From Heptranchias perlo (taxonomy: Eukaryota), in assembly GCF_035084215.1 (NCBI RefSeq), contig NC_090336.1:33542001-33606000 (forward strand): DNA of 64,000 nt, given 5' to 3'. The notes beneath the pieces are model-generated. The model searched no databases, was not told where the DNA came from, and was given only the letters and a program-made list of their open reading frames with translations. Positions within the stretch are counted from its first letter, which is position 1; each line of letters begins with the position of its first letter. Shown one piece after another: positions 37,956 to 50,023 of the stretch. Made by a program: the position numbers and the translations under genes.

Positions 37956-38773
37956 AATGGAATTTAACCCGGAAAAGTGCGAGGTGATGCACTTTGGAGG
38001 GACTAACAAGGCAAGGGAATACACAATGAATGGGAGGACCCTAGGCAAGACAGAGGGTCAGAGGGATCTTGGTGTGCAAGTTCACAGATCCCTGAAGGTG
38101 GCGGAACAGGTAGATAAGGTGGTAAAGAAGGCATATGGGATACTTGCCTTTATTAGCCGAGGCATAGAATATAAGAGCAAGGAGGTTATGATGGAGCTGT
38201 ATTAAACACTGGTTAGGCCACAGCTGGAGTACTGTGTGCAGTTCTGGTCGCCGCACTACAGGAAGGATGTGATCGCTTTGGAGAGGGTGCAGAGGAGATT
38301 CACCAGGATGTTACCAGGGCTGGAGCGCTTCAGCTATGAAGAGAGACTGGGAAGATTGGATTTGTTTTCCTTGGAGCAGAGGAGGCTGAGGGGGGACATG
38401 ATTGAGGTGTACAAAATTATGAGGGGCACAGATAGGATGGATACTAAGGAGCTTTTTCCCTTTGTTGAGGGTTCTATAACAAGGGGACATAGATTCAAGG
38501 TAAAAGGCGGGAGGTTTAGAGGGGATTTGAGAAAGAACTTTTTCACCCAGAGGGTGGTTGGAGTCTGGAACTCACTGTCTGAAAGGGTTGTGGAGGCAGG
38601 AACCCTCACAACATTCAAGAAGCATTTGGATGAGCACTTGAAATGCCATAGCATACAAGGCTACGGACCAAATGCTGGAATATGGGATTAGACAGGGCTG
38701 ATGGCCGGCGCGGACACGATGGGCCGAAGGGCCTCTATCCGTGCTGTATAACTCTATGACTCTCTATGACTCT
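37956..38773 (+). mobile_element. Young CR1 LINE 3' fragment
   Basis: ORFs 37957-38205 and 38236-38691 (MEFNPEKCEVMHFG..WNSLSERVVEA); (ctctatga)n tail. Confidence 0.96.
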
Positions 38774-39787
38774 AAAATGATGCAGTTGTTTGACTTGGAA
38801 AGCTACAACTCTTACCAATAATGTAAGGTGACCTTGTCGCATAGTCTTCTCTGCACTGTTATTTATCAGTGGCTCAAAGTAACACAGCAAGAGCTTCTGA
38901 TTGTATCCAATGTGTTAATTGACAAAGCTGCAGTAATACAGTGCAGGAACACCGTGCAAAGGGCCAGCTGTCAACAATGATAGCAAAACCTTGGAATCAG
39001 CACACTCCCTGTGAACTTGCATTATATGAAATCCTGTGAACTGTGGTACTGGATGAGTATTTTAATAAGATAGCGTTATCAATATCACAACAGTGTGCAG
39101 CCAGAACAACTATAATGAGGAAAGATGTTTCACAGGATTGATTCTGGATGTTGACTGCACAGAGAGATCTGAAGAATTTGTACTGGGATCACAACAAGTT
39201 GATGCATGCTGCAACAGCCCTGGATTATTATTTCTTACTGCCTTAATATTGATAAGAATCTGTCCAACAGAGACACCTTATCCTGTGTAATCAGCACGTA
39301 ACACTGGAGGGCCACAAAATGGCTGCTGCAACATGCAGTCAAGGAGTTCCTTGCTGTAAATGTTCATAGCTGTCCCTGATAGCATGAAAAATGCAGAAGA
39401 TGAAAATGGAAAAAAGGTGCAAATGGGAAGTTGTCATGACAGATATCATTATGCATTGTTTATATGATTGCTGTCTTGCTAAAATCACCACATTCCAAGC
39501 ATTTTGTTGAGACAGAGTAGAGAATCTTTACTTTACTTTCAGTTCCTTCTTGTATCTGACCGATCAATGTTTGATGCTGATGCTGGGTGCCATCCTCCAC
39601 CAACAAAATCCTTCATCTTGAAATAGAATTCATCTCTTCTTCCAAAAAAAAGTGGGTTTCCTATACTGTAGCTATTTCTTGTTGAAATAAAATTAAAAGT
39701 CTCATTCAAAAATTTTATTTGGGGTTTACCGATTCACTATTATTTAAAATGTAATGTATTTTGAAAGGATATTATGTAAAATGCATA

Positions 39788-39970
39788 TCAGTGCCAAACT
39801 ACGGGCAGCTGTATGCTGTGGACTCAGTTACTAGGACGTTGATTGAGACTGCCCAAACCAATTTCATAGGCCCTTTACAGCCAGCAGGAAGATAGCAGAC
39901 TTCCATCCCATCAGTCTGGGCTGAATTCATACTCTGGTCCCTATGGTGAAAGACTAGTGCCTCACCCACA
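39788..39970 (-). mobile_element. LF-SINE-like element, 5' half
   Basis: Minus strand ctttcaccatagggaccagagtatgaattcagcccag..ggctgtaaagggcctatgaaattggtttgggcagtctcaatc..cctagt..gtccaca..ttggcact parallels the recalled LF-SINE tRNA-derived head and body. Confidence 0.6.
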
Positions 39971-41512
39971 CTTTTTTGTCACATTCAATGGTGACTTTTG
40001 ATCTAAATGTTTGTGCATGTTTTGAAAACTTCCACCAATATTACCTGTAAATTTGGTTACTCAACATGCTTGGTTGTCTCACAATTAACAAATATATATT
40101 AATAGGTTCATGTGTATATTCACATCTAGGTTATTCAGTGTTGCTAATGAATACAGGACTAAAAGAATCACATGGCAACATGTCATGAGAAGATGATTCA
40201 ACTCTTCTCCTCTCCTCTCAGACACTACTCAGAATGCAAAAGCCGTTCTAATTTCTCGAAATGAGCAATTTAAGAGACTAATGGAAGTAGTCATTTATGG
40301 ACTCCATATTTTCAGTGAACATACAGTCCACTGATTATTGAACACCTTTGCAGTAATAGTAGGAAAATCATCAGACTAGCACTTGCATCTGTCACCCTCA
40401 TTTCCATCCGAGGACGATGCTATGAGCTGAGCATACTCTGTGCAATCAAGCAGTAAATGAGCATGGACTCTAACCCACAACTGAGAACTTGTCACTTTTT
40501 TTACTTATTTGATCATGATCCAATTAACCTTTTCTTTAAAACATCATTGTGGGGGGAGTTATGTATATGTGATCATTTGTTTTGTGATGGAAGGGTAATT
40601 TGTGCGGTTAGTATATGGGGTGGTATGTGTATTTATTGTAGGTCAGCTGTATGATTATCATGTATCAGGAGGGTATGTGTATGATTATTGTGTGGGATGG
40701 GTTTATAAATGGATATGATGATTGAGTGTGACAATGTGCAGGGTTAGCTTAGGTTTATGCTGTCTATACATTGCATTGGGTCATCACTGCTTGAATCCTC
40801 CATTTTTTTCTCAATCACACAAGTGTGAGGTGTTCCGTTGACTCTCACTTGCAATGTCCTGGATGGAGGGTCATATGTGGCTGACATAGCCCCCTGGTTC
40901 CATGCCATTACACAGGCACTCCCAGTCACCTGGGTAGCAGGTTCCTGAGCTTGTCCAGTGAAAAGCTTACACATCAGGGAGAGGGCGGAGCTGGCATGAA
41001 ACATTCTGTCATGTTGTTTGGGAGAATAACTGTTGGTTTGAGTCAGTGTCACTTGCTTTTTGTATGTGGAACTAGCTTGTAATAACAACAGCACAAAGTG
41101 TCCACCCCTGTCCCACACACTGAAAAGTCTGACCTCCTCTACCCGATCCCGCTATGCCATCGTTCAGTCTATCAGGCATAGCCTTGGAACCGATGCCAAT
41201 CGGTGTCTCCTCTATTCTCCTGCGTGGAGGACCAGTTTGTTAGTATTACCTATCCTTGGCTTCAGAAGAGACTGAGGGGACTGAGTCTTGGAGAGTGAGA
41301 TTCATTAGCAACCTAAATCCCTGAATAACTTATGTAGGAAGCTTTGGTAATTACATATAAAATTTACTATGTTTGCATATAAAACTAATATATTTGCTGA
41401 TAAAGGTAGAAGGGCCCAAAAACATCTGCTGCATGGGGCCTCGTAAAGTGTATAGCTGTCCCTGATTGTGTGTGCTAAATTCCACCCGTGTCTGTTTTCC
41501 TCACAGATAGTT

Positions 41513-41697
41513 GGGGTAATTTTAACTTTTGGCGATAGTGTCAAACGGGCGATATCAGATCGGCTGCACGTTATAAACCCGCCTGATTTTCCTTTCTATT
41601 GAAGTCAATGGAAAAGAAAATCAGACGAGGTGCATAACGGGTGGCCCATCCGATCTCACCCGTTTTACACTATCGCCAAAAGTTTAAAATTACCTCC
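41513..41697. mobile_element. Fully palindromic MITE, about 185 bp
   Basis: ggtaattttaacttttggcgatagtgt / acactatcgccaaaagtttaaaattacc; inner arms ctgatttt/aaaatcag; centre attgaagtcaat. Confidence 0.85.
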
Positions 41698-42269
41698 TGT
41701 GTGCTTTGGAGTGAATGATCTGTTTTTTCTACAAATTTATGAGAAAATTATCATTTGCAGTTCTGAGGTAGCATGGCAAATTTCACACTACTTTTACTTT
41801 GATGCTCAAAATAATTATTCACATTCTGTCTGCAAGGTTGGCCGCCAATCAAATATAATGATGGTATCATTATCTCTGCTCCTGTGCATGAGGCTCACAA
41901 ACAGGGAGCAGATTAATGGCATCACCAAAGTCCATCATGGTCCCTGAGTGACAACCAGCCTTACAGACCCACAGCGGGAAGGAAAATTGGGCGGGGTGTG
42001 TAACGGGTGGCAGATCCCATGCCGCTCATTATTAGCCCCTGCTGAAGTTGAAAATTACTCCAATTGTGAACAGATGTCAAGCATCTTTGTTTATACACAC
42101 TCAATCTTTGACTTGTTATTTTAATGTGGAACAGATTGGAATCCAAAGTTCCCAAGGGACCTACAATTTAGTGAGTTACAGTAAATGTTTTGCATAATAC
42201 AAAGTGGAATAGTCACTCTATTACATTGTAAACCGTTACTGCAATTTTATTTAACATTTGTTAGACTGC

Positions 42270-42620
42270 TGTATTTTTTAAAATTTGTTTTCAAGATGTG
42301 GGTAACTTGGCAGGGTTGCATTTTTTGCCCATCCTTAGTTGGCCTGAGAATGTGGTGTTGAGCCTTTGCCTTGAACTGTTGCAGTTGTCGTCTTGGTGCT
42401 GCTCCTGCAATCACGTTAGATAGGTAATTCCAGGATTCTGACCCAGTAATGATGAAGGAATGGTGATATATATCCAAGTCAGAATTTGGGATGATATTTG
42501 CCCCATGACCTCTCAGTTCTTGTTCTTCTCAGGGATAGAGGTCACATAAGGAGTAACCTTGATGAATTGCTGCAGCATATCCAGGAGATCCTATCTGCTG
42601 CAGTTACAGTGCAGTACACC
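42270..42620 (-). mobile_element. Old copy of LINE family B, 3' end
   Basis: ORF 42247-42477 DIYHHSFIITGSESWNYLSN..QQFKAKAQHHIL matches the family B C-terminus. Confidence 0.8.
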
Positions 42621-45014
42621 CTCATTAAGGGTCCAAAAATATGTTAATTAGGATAGAACTTTCCTAACTTTTTTTTGCTCCAGAAATAGAATATCGTGAC
42701 TGAGTGTCTGTTTTAAATTCACTCCCTGGCATGACAGTGAGTTTTGATATGGCTCTGTTTAGCTAGTTTGAGAGCGAATGTGAGCTAATACTTCTATTAG
42801 CTGTTTTAATTGCTTTTGTTGCTTTTAGTGAGTGTGGGTTTTTTTTTATTTTGAACTTCATTTTTGTATGGTTTTCATTTTTCACATGCTATTACAGAAG
42901 GAGCATGCAGGGAAATTTAGACACAGACCCTACTGTTTTCCAACCATTAAAATGAATCGTTGGAATATCGTGGGCAATACGTGCCGAAATTTCTGCTGTC
43001 GTTGTGTGAGGCTCCTCGTCAGCAGTGCAGACTTGTAAAATTACCCCCTAATTCAGATGCTCCATGCTGGTAGAATTGGTGCTCCTATGGGACTATCTCT
43101 TGCCCTCAAGGAGTTAGACAGCAATGCGCAGGCATAAGTGTACCTGCATCTGGTCTAACCCTGACAGAGTTAATTGGGCATGTTCAAGGAGATCCTTTCA
43201 ACATTGTTGTGGAATTTATTAGTACAAATGGCTTCCATTCAACTATACTTGGGTTGTATGTGACCATCAGCGTCATCTGATGCAGTGCCCTGGAAGCTAC
43301 CACACTACACTTATCCTGCAACAGTCAACAGTGGTGTCATTATTTAATGGAATATCAATACTGGACTGATGGATCCCAGGAGACCAGGGATACCTATTTG
43401 AGCCATAGCTGATGACTCCAATCCAAAATTCATGAACCACAGTTGAACAAAATATATAAAGAGGCACTCGCATCCACAAGTATACAAATGGAACGTACCT
43501 TAGGCATGCTGAAGTAAAGATTTCACTGCTTGGAGTGTTCTATTGTTATAAACCTATAAAATTAGTTTTTTTAACAATTTCCAATGATAAATTCCTATAT
43601 TTTTCTAGGTTAGCGGATCAGTAAAAAACAATTTCTGCCTGATTCCGATATTACAAAAATGTTAATTCTCCTGTTGCTGGGGAATCCCAAGTTGCGTGCG
43701 GTTATGCAAGTAACATCATGTTGCGTGATGACTTAATGAGTGCAATATGCATGTGATGTCACTAGTGCTATGTGCATCCCAGGACTGACTTTCAGCACCA
43801 AATTCTGGAGATAAGACGACTTTCAGTAAGTTAATTGGTTGATGTTGCTGATTGTATTGTTCAAAGTCTGTTTAACAAGCCCCTTTCTTACTACTGCTAA
43901 TGTTGGGTTAAAGCAGCTGAGAACATGCACAAAGTGTGTCCCATTGAATGAAAAGTTTGTTTAGGGCATGAGGGGGATGGAATGGCAAGGGATCTAAAGA
44001 GGAGCAATTAATTTACAAAACAGGAAGAGAAATGAATGAAAATGTTTGTAAACACGACTATCTCTGGCCAGTGAACTGCAGGGCCCAGGGACACCTGTTC
44101 CTCAGAGATCACAGCTGTTCAGATTGATAATTGCCCTGATTCTATTTGAGGAAACACAGTCTTCTTTTGTAGTCTAACAGAGAAAAATTAACATCAGTCA
44201 GGTGCAAAAAGCATTGTGTAAACGGCATTCCTTGAGCTCTGGGGATCCCTGGAAAGAGGCAGGATTCAATCTGAAGAAGAGCAGTGAAATGCCAACTCAA
44301 TGAAGTAACATATGAGGTTTTAAAAAATTATTTTCAAGAATTTTTTCTCCCATTTCTGTTCGGTTTGCTTTTTGTACTCCCACACTAAATTCCCACCCAT
44401 CAACACAGTTTTAATGGGGCTTCTGAGCCTGTGGACAAATGCAGCATAGGGTCAACCATTGCTGCAATTTATCCTCAACTTAGCTCCTTCCCCAATCCCG
44501 GTGATTGCACTCTTGCCGCAATCAATTCCTGGGATATTCTGCTCCGACTCAACACAAATCTCCCCAGTGGCTCCAAAAGGAAACGTCAGTCCATCTCTAG
44601 AAAGTAACCAATCTCCTCCAGAATCAGCTACCTGCTCCTTCCTGCATTTTGGGGTCTTTAGAAGGCCCATAACAGAACCTGTGCCTACTCTCATCGCTTG
44701 TAGGTTTTGTTGGACCTATTAGGCAATGGATTGGGTGGAATTTCCCAGAGAAGCCTGGTAACTCTCCCAGCTACATCCCTCAATGTGGGGGAGGCAGGTT
44801 GAAGATCCATCTATGGCTCCCTCAATGAAATTTAAAGGGTCTATACAAATGGGGCAGAATCCCAGCTTAACCGGGTTTTTTTCCAAATTCCTGCACCACC
44901 TTCAGACAGGAATCAGACTTTCTGCCGTCTCTAGCCCCCGGAATTTTGGGGGCTCTGTCTTTAGACTCACCAAGAACTACCTTGTCTTAATTCTTGGTGC
45001 TTGTTGCAGTGTTG

Positions 45015-45155
45015 TGTGCTTGGTGAGGGATTCACTCTTGATACTGAAAGTCCTAAATGGTGTGTTGCCTCCCAGGTGCCAGGGTAAGAAATATAATGAA
45101 GTGGTTGCAAAATTTTGAGAGGGATGGGAAACAGCCAAAAGCCATGGTTCATGAT
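45015..45155 (+). pseudogene. CR1 ORF1 esterase (SGNH-like) fragment
   Basis: MVCCLPGARVRNIMKWLQNFERDGKQPKAMVH, preceded by an RDS (GDS-like) motif; typical of vertebrate CR1 ORF1. Confidence 0.7.
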
Positions 45156-45906
45156 GTGTTGTATATATTACTATACTTGCAGTGTTCAGGGACCTTGACC
45201 ATATCACGGAAGGACTTTGACTGCTTTCAGTTCCAGATTGCTGTACAGTTCTGTCACCTATTCATAGACGATTATATATACAGTCTATAATTTAATATCA
45301 TTCTGATTGTGTAAATTATTACTTATTGTTATGGAGAAAATTATGGACAATCAGCAGCTTTGTTGGCTGCCTTGTTGCAGCCAATTTAATGGACACAAAA
45401 GCGCCTTGTTTTCTGTCCAAATTGATAATGGGCTTCGGCAACAAATCAGTTTGAAGTACACACATCACCATCCTTAGACTTTGATTAGATTTATTTCTGG
45501 CCCCTTCATGTCTCTTGCAATTTAAAAAAAAACTGTACCAGATGGCATAACAACAGGGTGCAGCCGGAGACAATTGTACCTAGACAGCTGTCTGATTAAT
45601 TTGATGCTCGTGGCTGCTGGGGGTGAAGTTCCTCTTTTAATGAAAAAAAAACAGTAGATTGCCTGGTTTTCTCTATATTTATTCACCCAATAATGAAATC
45701 ACACTTCCTGAAATTGCATCATTCAAAGCTGTACATTCCCATAATTTCATTAGCAGGTCATCAATTATAGAAAAACATGGGCAATCTTTTGTTTTTCATT
45801 AAAAAAGGAATCTTGGGACTTTATAATGTCTTGGAGGAATTTTATTTGGGTACTGATAAACAGGTCACAGATTCCCATAGCCAAGTGTACTCTTCAGCAT
45901 TCAATA

Positions 45907-46515
45907 GGGCCGATTTTAACTCCTGGTGGGAAGCTGGCACAAGCGGATGGCGCTCCCACCCTGGAGTTTGAGTCGGAGGCCTGGCAGGTTTCAACCGCTG
46001 GGGATCGGTCTGCTGCTTGCCCGTTTTGGGCGGAGAGTGGCAGCTGGCCAATGGACGGGCGATGAAGATCGAGCAGCCTGGGAAAAGGCTGCCAGCGGCA
46101 AGGTAAGTCATGGGAGGTAAAGTGTTCTGAGGGTCTCGTGACTAAGAAGGCAGGGGATCCCAGGGTAACAGCTGCCAGTCTGTCCTTGTGGGGCCCAGAG
46201 GTGCACTCCTCCTCCTCCTCCTGGCCCCACTAAGGGAAGATTTTTTTTTAACTTACCTTCAATGGCCTCCCTAGCTTCCCAACAGCTTTACCTGGTGGGG
46301 TAGCCTCGGTTGGTGGGTTAAAATGCCCCTGGGGTCCCAAGAATATCATGGGTCCCCGACTTTCATTTATTAATGAGGCTGCCGTTGAAGTCTGGCGGGA
46401 GTCTCACCTGTTGCCAAAACCAGTTTAAATGGGGAATCGGCGGGAAATGGAGCTGTTCCATTGGAATTGCTCTCCTGCTCCTTTCTTGCCAATTGGGGAG
46501 AGTTAATATTCCCCC
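45907..46515. mobile_element. Non-autonomous Harbinger-like element, about 610 bp
   Basis: Termini gggccgattttaactcc / gagagttaatattccccc; the left end resembles the Harbinger terminus at 60106. Confidence 0.6.
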
Positions 46516-47185
46516 TTATGATTCAGAAAGCAATGATTAACTCCTTGTTTGAATTGCTGCATGCAAAGGCACGGAGGTAGAAGTCATGACGTTATCCAAG
46601 ACTTCCACAAGCAGGACAAAGATTGTGAGAAGTCTTCTCTCTGATATTCTGGTGCAGATATCTGGGATTGATAGTGAATACGGAGTTGCACCTGCAGCAA
46701 TTGTATTTCTCACAATGTCACATGGTCCTCCAGACAAGATAGCAGAATGGCCTGGTTCACAGGTATCTGGCTGGCTGCAGTAATGCTGCTCCTTGGTTGT
46801 AATTAAAGCAGTGCAAACCAGATGATGTTTGTTTTATTTCCAACCAAAGATGCAACAGTTCACCATAGTATAGAACTTCTTGTAACGTCATGGATGACAG
46901 AGCTTGAGTTACAGAAAACTGCCAGGGCTTCAGCTTATGACTTTCTTGGTGTGAAATATTGAACAGTCTAAATTACCAGGCCAAGAGTTCATTGTCATTA
47001 AATATAACATGGACATTCAAACAAAAGTATCCCTTTAATGTAAAATAAACATTTCAGGAATTCACTTGGGAACGACCACCAGTTAATCCAAAAATTGGTA
47101 CTTGACTCAAGTTACTGATAAACCATGTATTTGTGAGTGGAATATGTCCATTGAAAAGTAACAGCAGAGTGACATTTAAATACCC

Positions 47186-47290
47186 TGGGGGGAAGATTTC
47201 CCCTGTGTAATACTTGTAACTAAATCGTAAACGCGTACTTTACAATTGATGACTTTGTTACATGTCGCACACAGAGCAAATCTTCAGCCT
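47186..47290. mobile_element. Small degenerate palindromic MITE
   Basis: gaagatttcccctgtgt..tgtaac / gttaca..acacagagcaaatcttc. Confidence 0.5.
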
Positions 47291-47949
47291 CCACAATGCA
47301 TTGTAATTATTTCTCTTAACAGTTGTTTTGACCTGAGCATTTATTATTGGTCTTTACTTCACTAAGTGTAAATGTTTCATGTCAATTTGGGATTGTAATT
47401 TAGAAATTCTCCTTTAATAATCAGTATGAGACAAGAACCAATTAGCAACTGATTTAGAGCAGAGTACCACAGTTAAAGCACTGAAGAAGGAGTTTTGCAA
47501 GTAGAGGCGGAGCTGTTAAATTCCCCTTTATACAATGTGGTTTTAAAACATAAATAAAGATATTTCCTTTAGTTCAATCTTGGATTGCAAAGAAACTTAT
47601 AACAAGAAATAAGAGCGTTATTATGATGAATTCATTTTCCATCTTTACTAACAGAATCATCATTTTAAAAAATATTCTTTCATGGGATATGGGCGTTGCT
47701 GGCAAGGCCAGCTTTTATTGCCCATTACACATGGGCACCTTCAGATTTCATGTCCTTCATGCCTGAACATCAGGAAATGGCATGCAGGACGTCCCCAACT
47801 CCAAATGCATGTTTAAATGATGTACCCGTTCCCATACCAGCCACGCCCACCTTGCTGAGCCCTGATAAACTGAATGTAACACTACAGCTAGTGATGCTAA
47901 TGAGATCCATGAAGCCCTGACTCACTGACTGAGGCACCACAACTAGTTT

Positions 47950-48066
47950 AATACATTACAACAGTGATTACACTTCAAAAGTACTTCATTGGCTGTAAAG
48001 CGTTTTGGGATGTCCTGAGAGCGTGAAAGACGCTATATAAATGCAAGTTCTTTCTTTTCTTTCTTT
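47950..48066 (+). mobile_element. Deu-SINE/L2-type 3' tail, well preserved, bracketed by a 17-bp direct repeat
   Basis: acattacaacagtgattacacttcaaaagtacttcattggctgtaaagcg..gctatataaatgcaagttc(tttc)n; agatccatgaagccctg at 47903-47919 and 48074-48090. Confidence 0.8.
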
Positions 48067-48657
48067 ACCAACCAGATCCATGAAGCCCTGCCTCATGGTT
48101 CTCTTCAGCTGATATTCAAGCTATCAAAGCTGGAAGAGATGGCAGGGGCTAAATTGGGCCATGTAGCGCCCATTGTTTTGGTGCTACACGGCCTCTCCGA
48201 CATCCAAGATGGCGTCTTGGATGCGCATGCACGTTTTCTGCATGATGTGCGCCAGACGCCATCTTGGTATAGGAATTAGCGCAGGCGCAAATACCAAATG
48301 CTGGAAGCATGTAAAGTAGGGAGAAAATGTGTGCAATCAGTGTGCAATGTTGATTTAAAGTGATAAACACCATTTTAGACCTTAACGCTCAACTCAATGC
48401 ACAGTCTTATCCCCGACCATCTAAACGTGACTGACAGTGCCTGAAGGACCTCCCACCAGTGCTATTTAAAGGGGCCATGCAGGTGTTGCAGGTTAGTTGC
48501 TAGATTATTGCATCTGGCTGCTGGAGGAGTAGGAAGAATTTTTTGAAGCTCCCTATTCTTACTGAGAGTTCCTCCACTACTTCTGAGAGTGCTTTGGCAG
48601 ATACTGCCTTATGGGTCAGAAAGTTACAACCCTGGTTGAACAACATTCCTGCCAATC

Positions 48658-49852
48658 ATGGGTGGTCTGCTAGAGCTCCCGCTGGGCATTGAGCATGACT
48701 GGGAGCATGCAGAGAGGCCACGCCCATCAGGTCAAGCTGCAAGGAGACAGAGGACGAGGAGGCGCAGGGCACTGAGCAGGAGGCCCTACCCAATGAGGGC
48801 CTTCCGGGACCAATTCTCTTACCTCAACATGACCGAGGAGGATTGCATCCGACGCCTGAGGTTCATCAAAGAAGCCGTGATGGAGATCTATCAACTGGTG
48901 CGGCCACAACTGCAACCTCAGAACAGGGCGAGGACAGCATTGCCTGTGGCTGTGAAGGTCAGCCTGACACTGAATTTCTACGGCTCAGGATCATTTCAGG
49001 CCTCTGCTGGTGACATGTGCAACATCTCGCAGTATGCAGTGCACTGCTGCATAAGAGAGGTTACAGATGCACTGTACCTCATGAGGAACAGGTTCATCAC
49101 CTTCCCTCTCGACAGAGACAATCAGAACGACCGAGCACGGGGGTTCACCCACATTGCTGGCTTCCCCATGGTGCAGGGTACCATGGACTGCACACATATT
49201 GCCCTGTGTGCCCTGCACATCAACTCAGCCGTCTTCGTCAATAGAAAGGGCTTCCACTCCCTCAACGTGCAGCTGGTGTGCAACCACACGCATCAAATCA
49301 TGGAGGTCGATGCCCGCTACCCTGGGAGCAGTCATGACGCCTTTGTCATGCAGCAGTCCAACGTGCCAGCGATCTTTAGCCCAACTAGGCAAGTCAAAGG
49401 CTGGCTACTGGGCGGCAAGGGCTATCCCCTCGCACAACGGTCAGGAACCCACGCATACGTGCACAGCAGGCCTACAATGAGAGCCATGCTGCCACATGCA
49501 ACATCATGGAGCACAGCATAGGCCTCCTCAAACAATGCTTCCGCTGCCTGGACCGGTCTGGAGGAGCCCTGCAGTACTCCCTAAGTGGGTGGGCAGATTT
49601 GTGGTGCTCTGCTGCATGCTGCACAACATCGTCATCATGAGGGACCAGCCTTTGCCACCAATTATTGGAGAAGACCCTGAGCCAGAGGAGGAAGAGGCGG
49701 AGGAGCAGGAGGAGGAGGAGGCGGTGGAGGAGGAGGAGGAGGCGGTGGAGCCGGAAGAGGAAGTGGAGGAAGACACAAGGGTGCAACAGGAACCACACGC
49801 CTTGTCTGCAAGGGCTGTGCGTGCTCACCTGATCCGTGCCCGCTATCAATAA
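48658..49852 (+). pseudogene. Harbinger (HARBI1-like) DDE transposase, frameshifted
   Basis: FYGSGSFQ, GFPMVQGTMDCTH, NRKGFHSLNVQLVC, YPGSSHD, GGKGYP (catalytic D changed to G), MEHSIGLLK..LDRSGG, CCMLHN, acidic tail; frameshifts near 49435 and 49580. Confidence 0.93.
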
Positions 49853-50023
49853 TTTGAACTACATCCCCCAACTCACCAACAGTCCTACATTCCCCACCTT
49901 TCCACTCCTACAAGACACATTGGTGTCCCTCTCAGCTCATTGCATAAATAAAAACCACCACTAAATGCAAAATCAAACTCTCATTTATCGATGAATAAAT
50001 GAAATTATGCAAACATAACTATA

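Noticed and set aside
40744-41275. Possible very old Harbinger transposase C-terminal relic (TRSRYAIVQSI..LLYSP)
   Set aside because: Similarity too weak to support without a profile search.
48658-49852. Domesticated host HARBI1 gene
   Set aside because: Frameshifts, a catalytic D-to-G change, TIR-like ends and an adjacent Myb partner show a decayed transposon; the same holds for 62568-63808.
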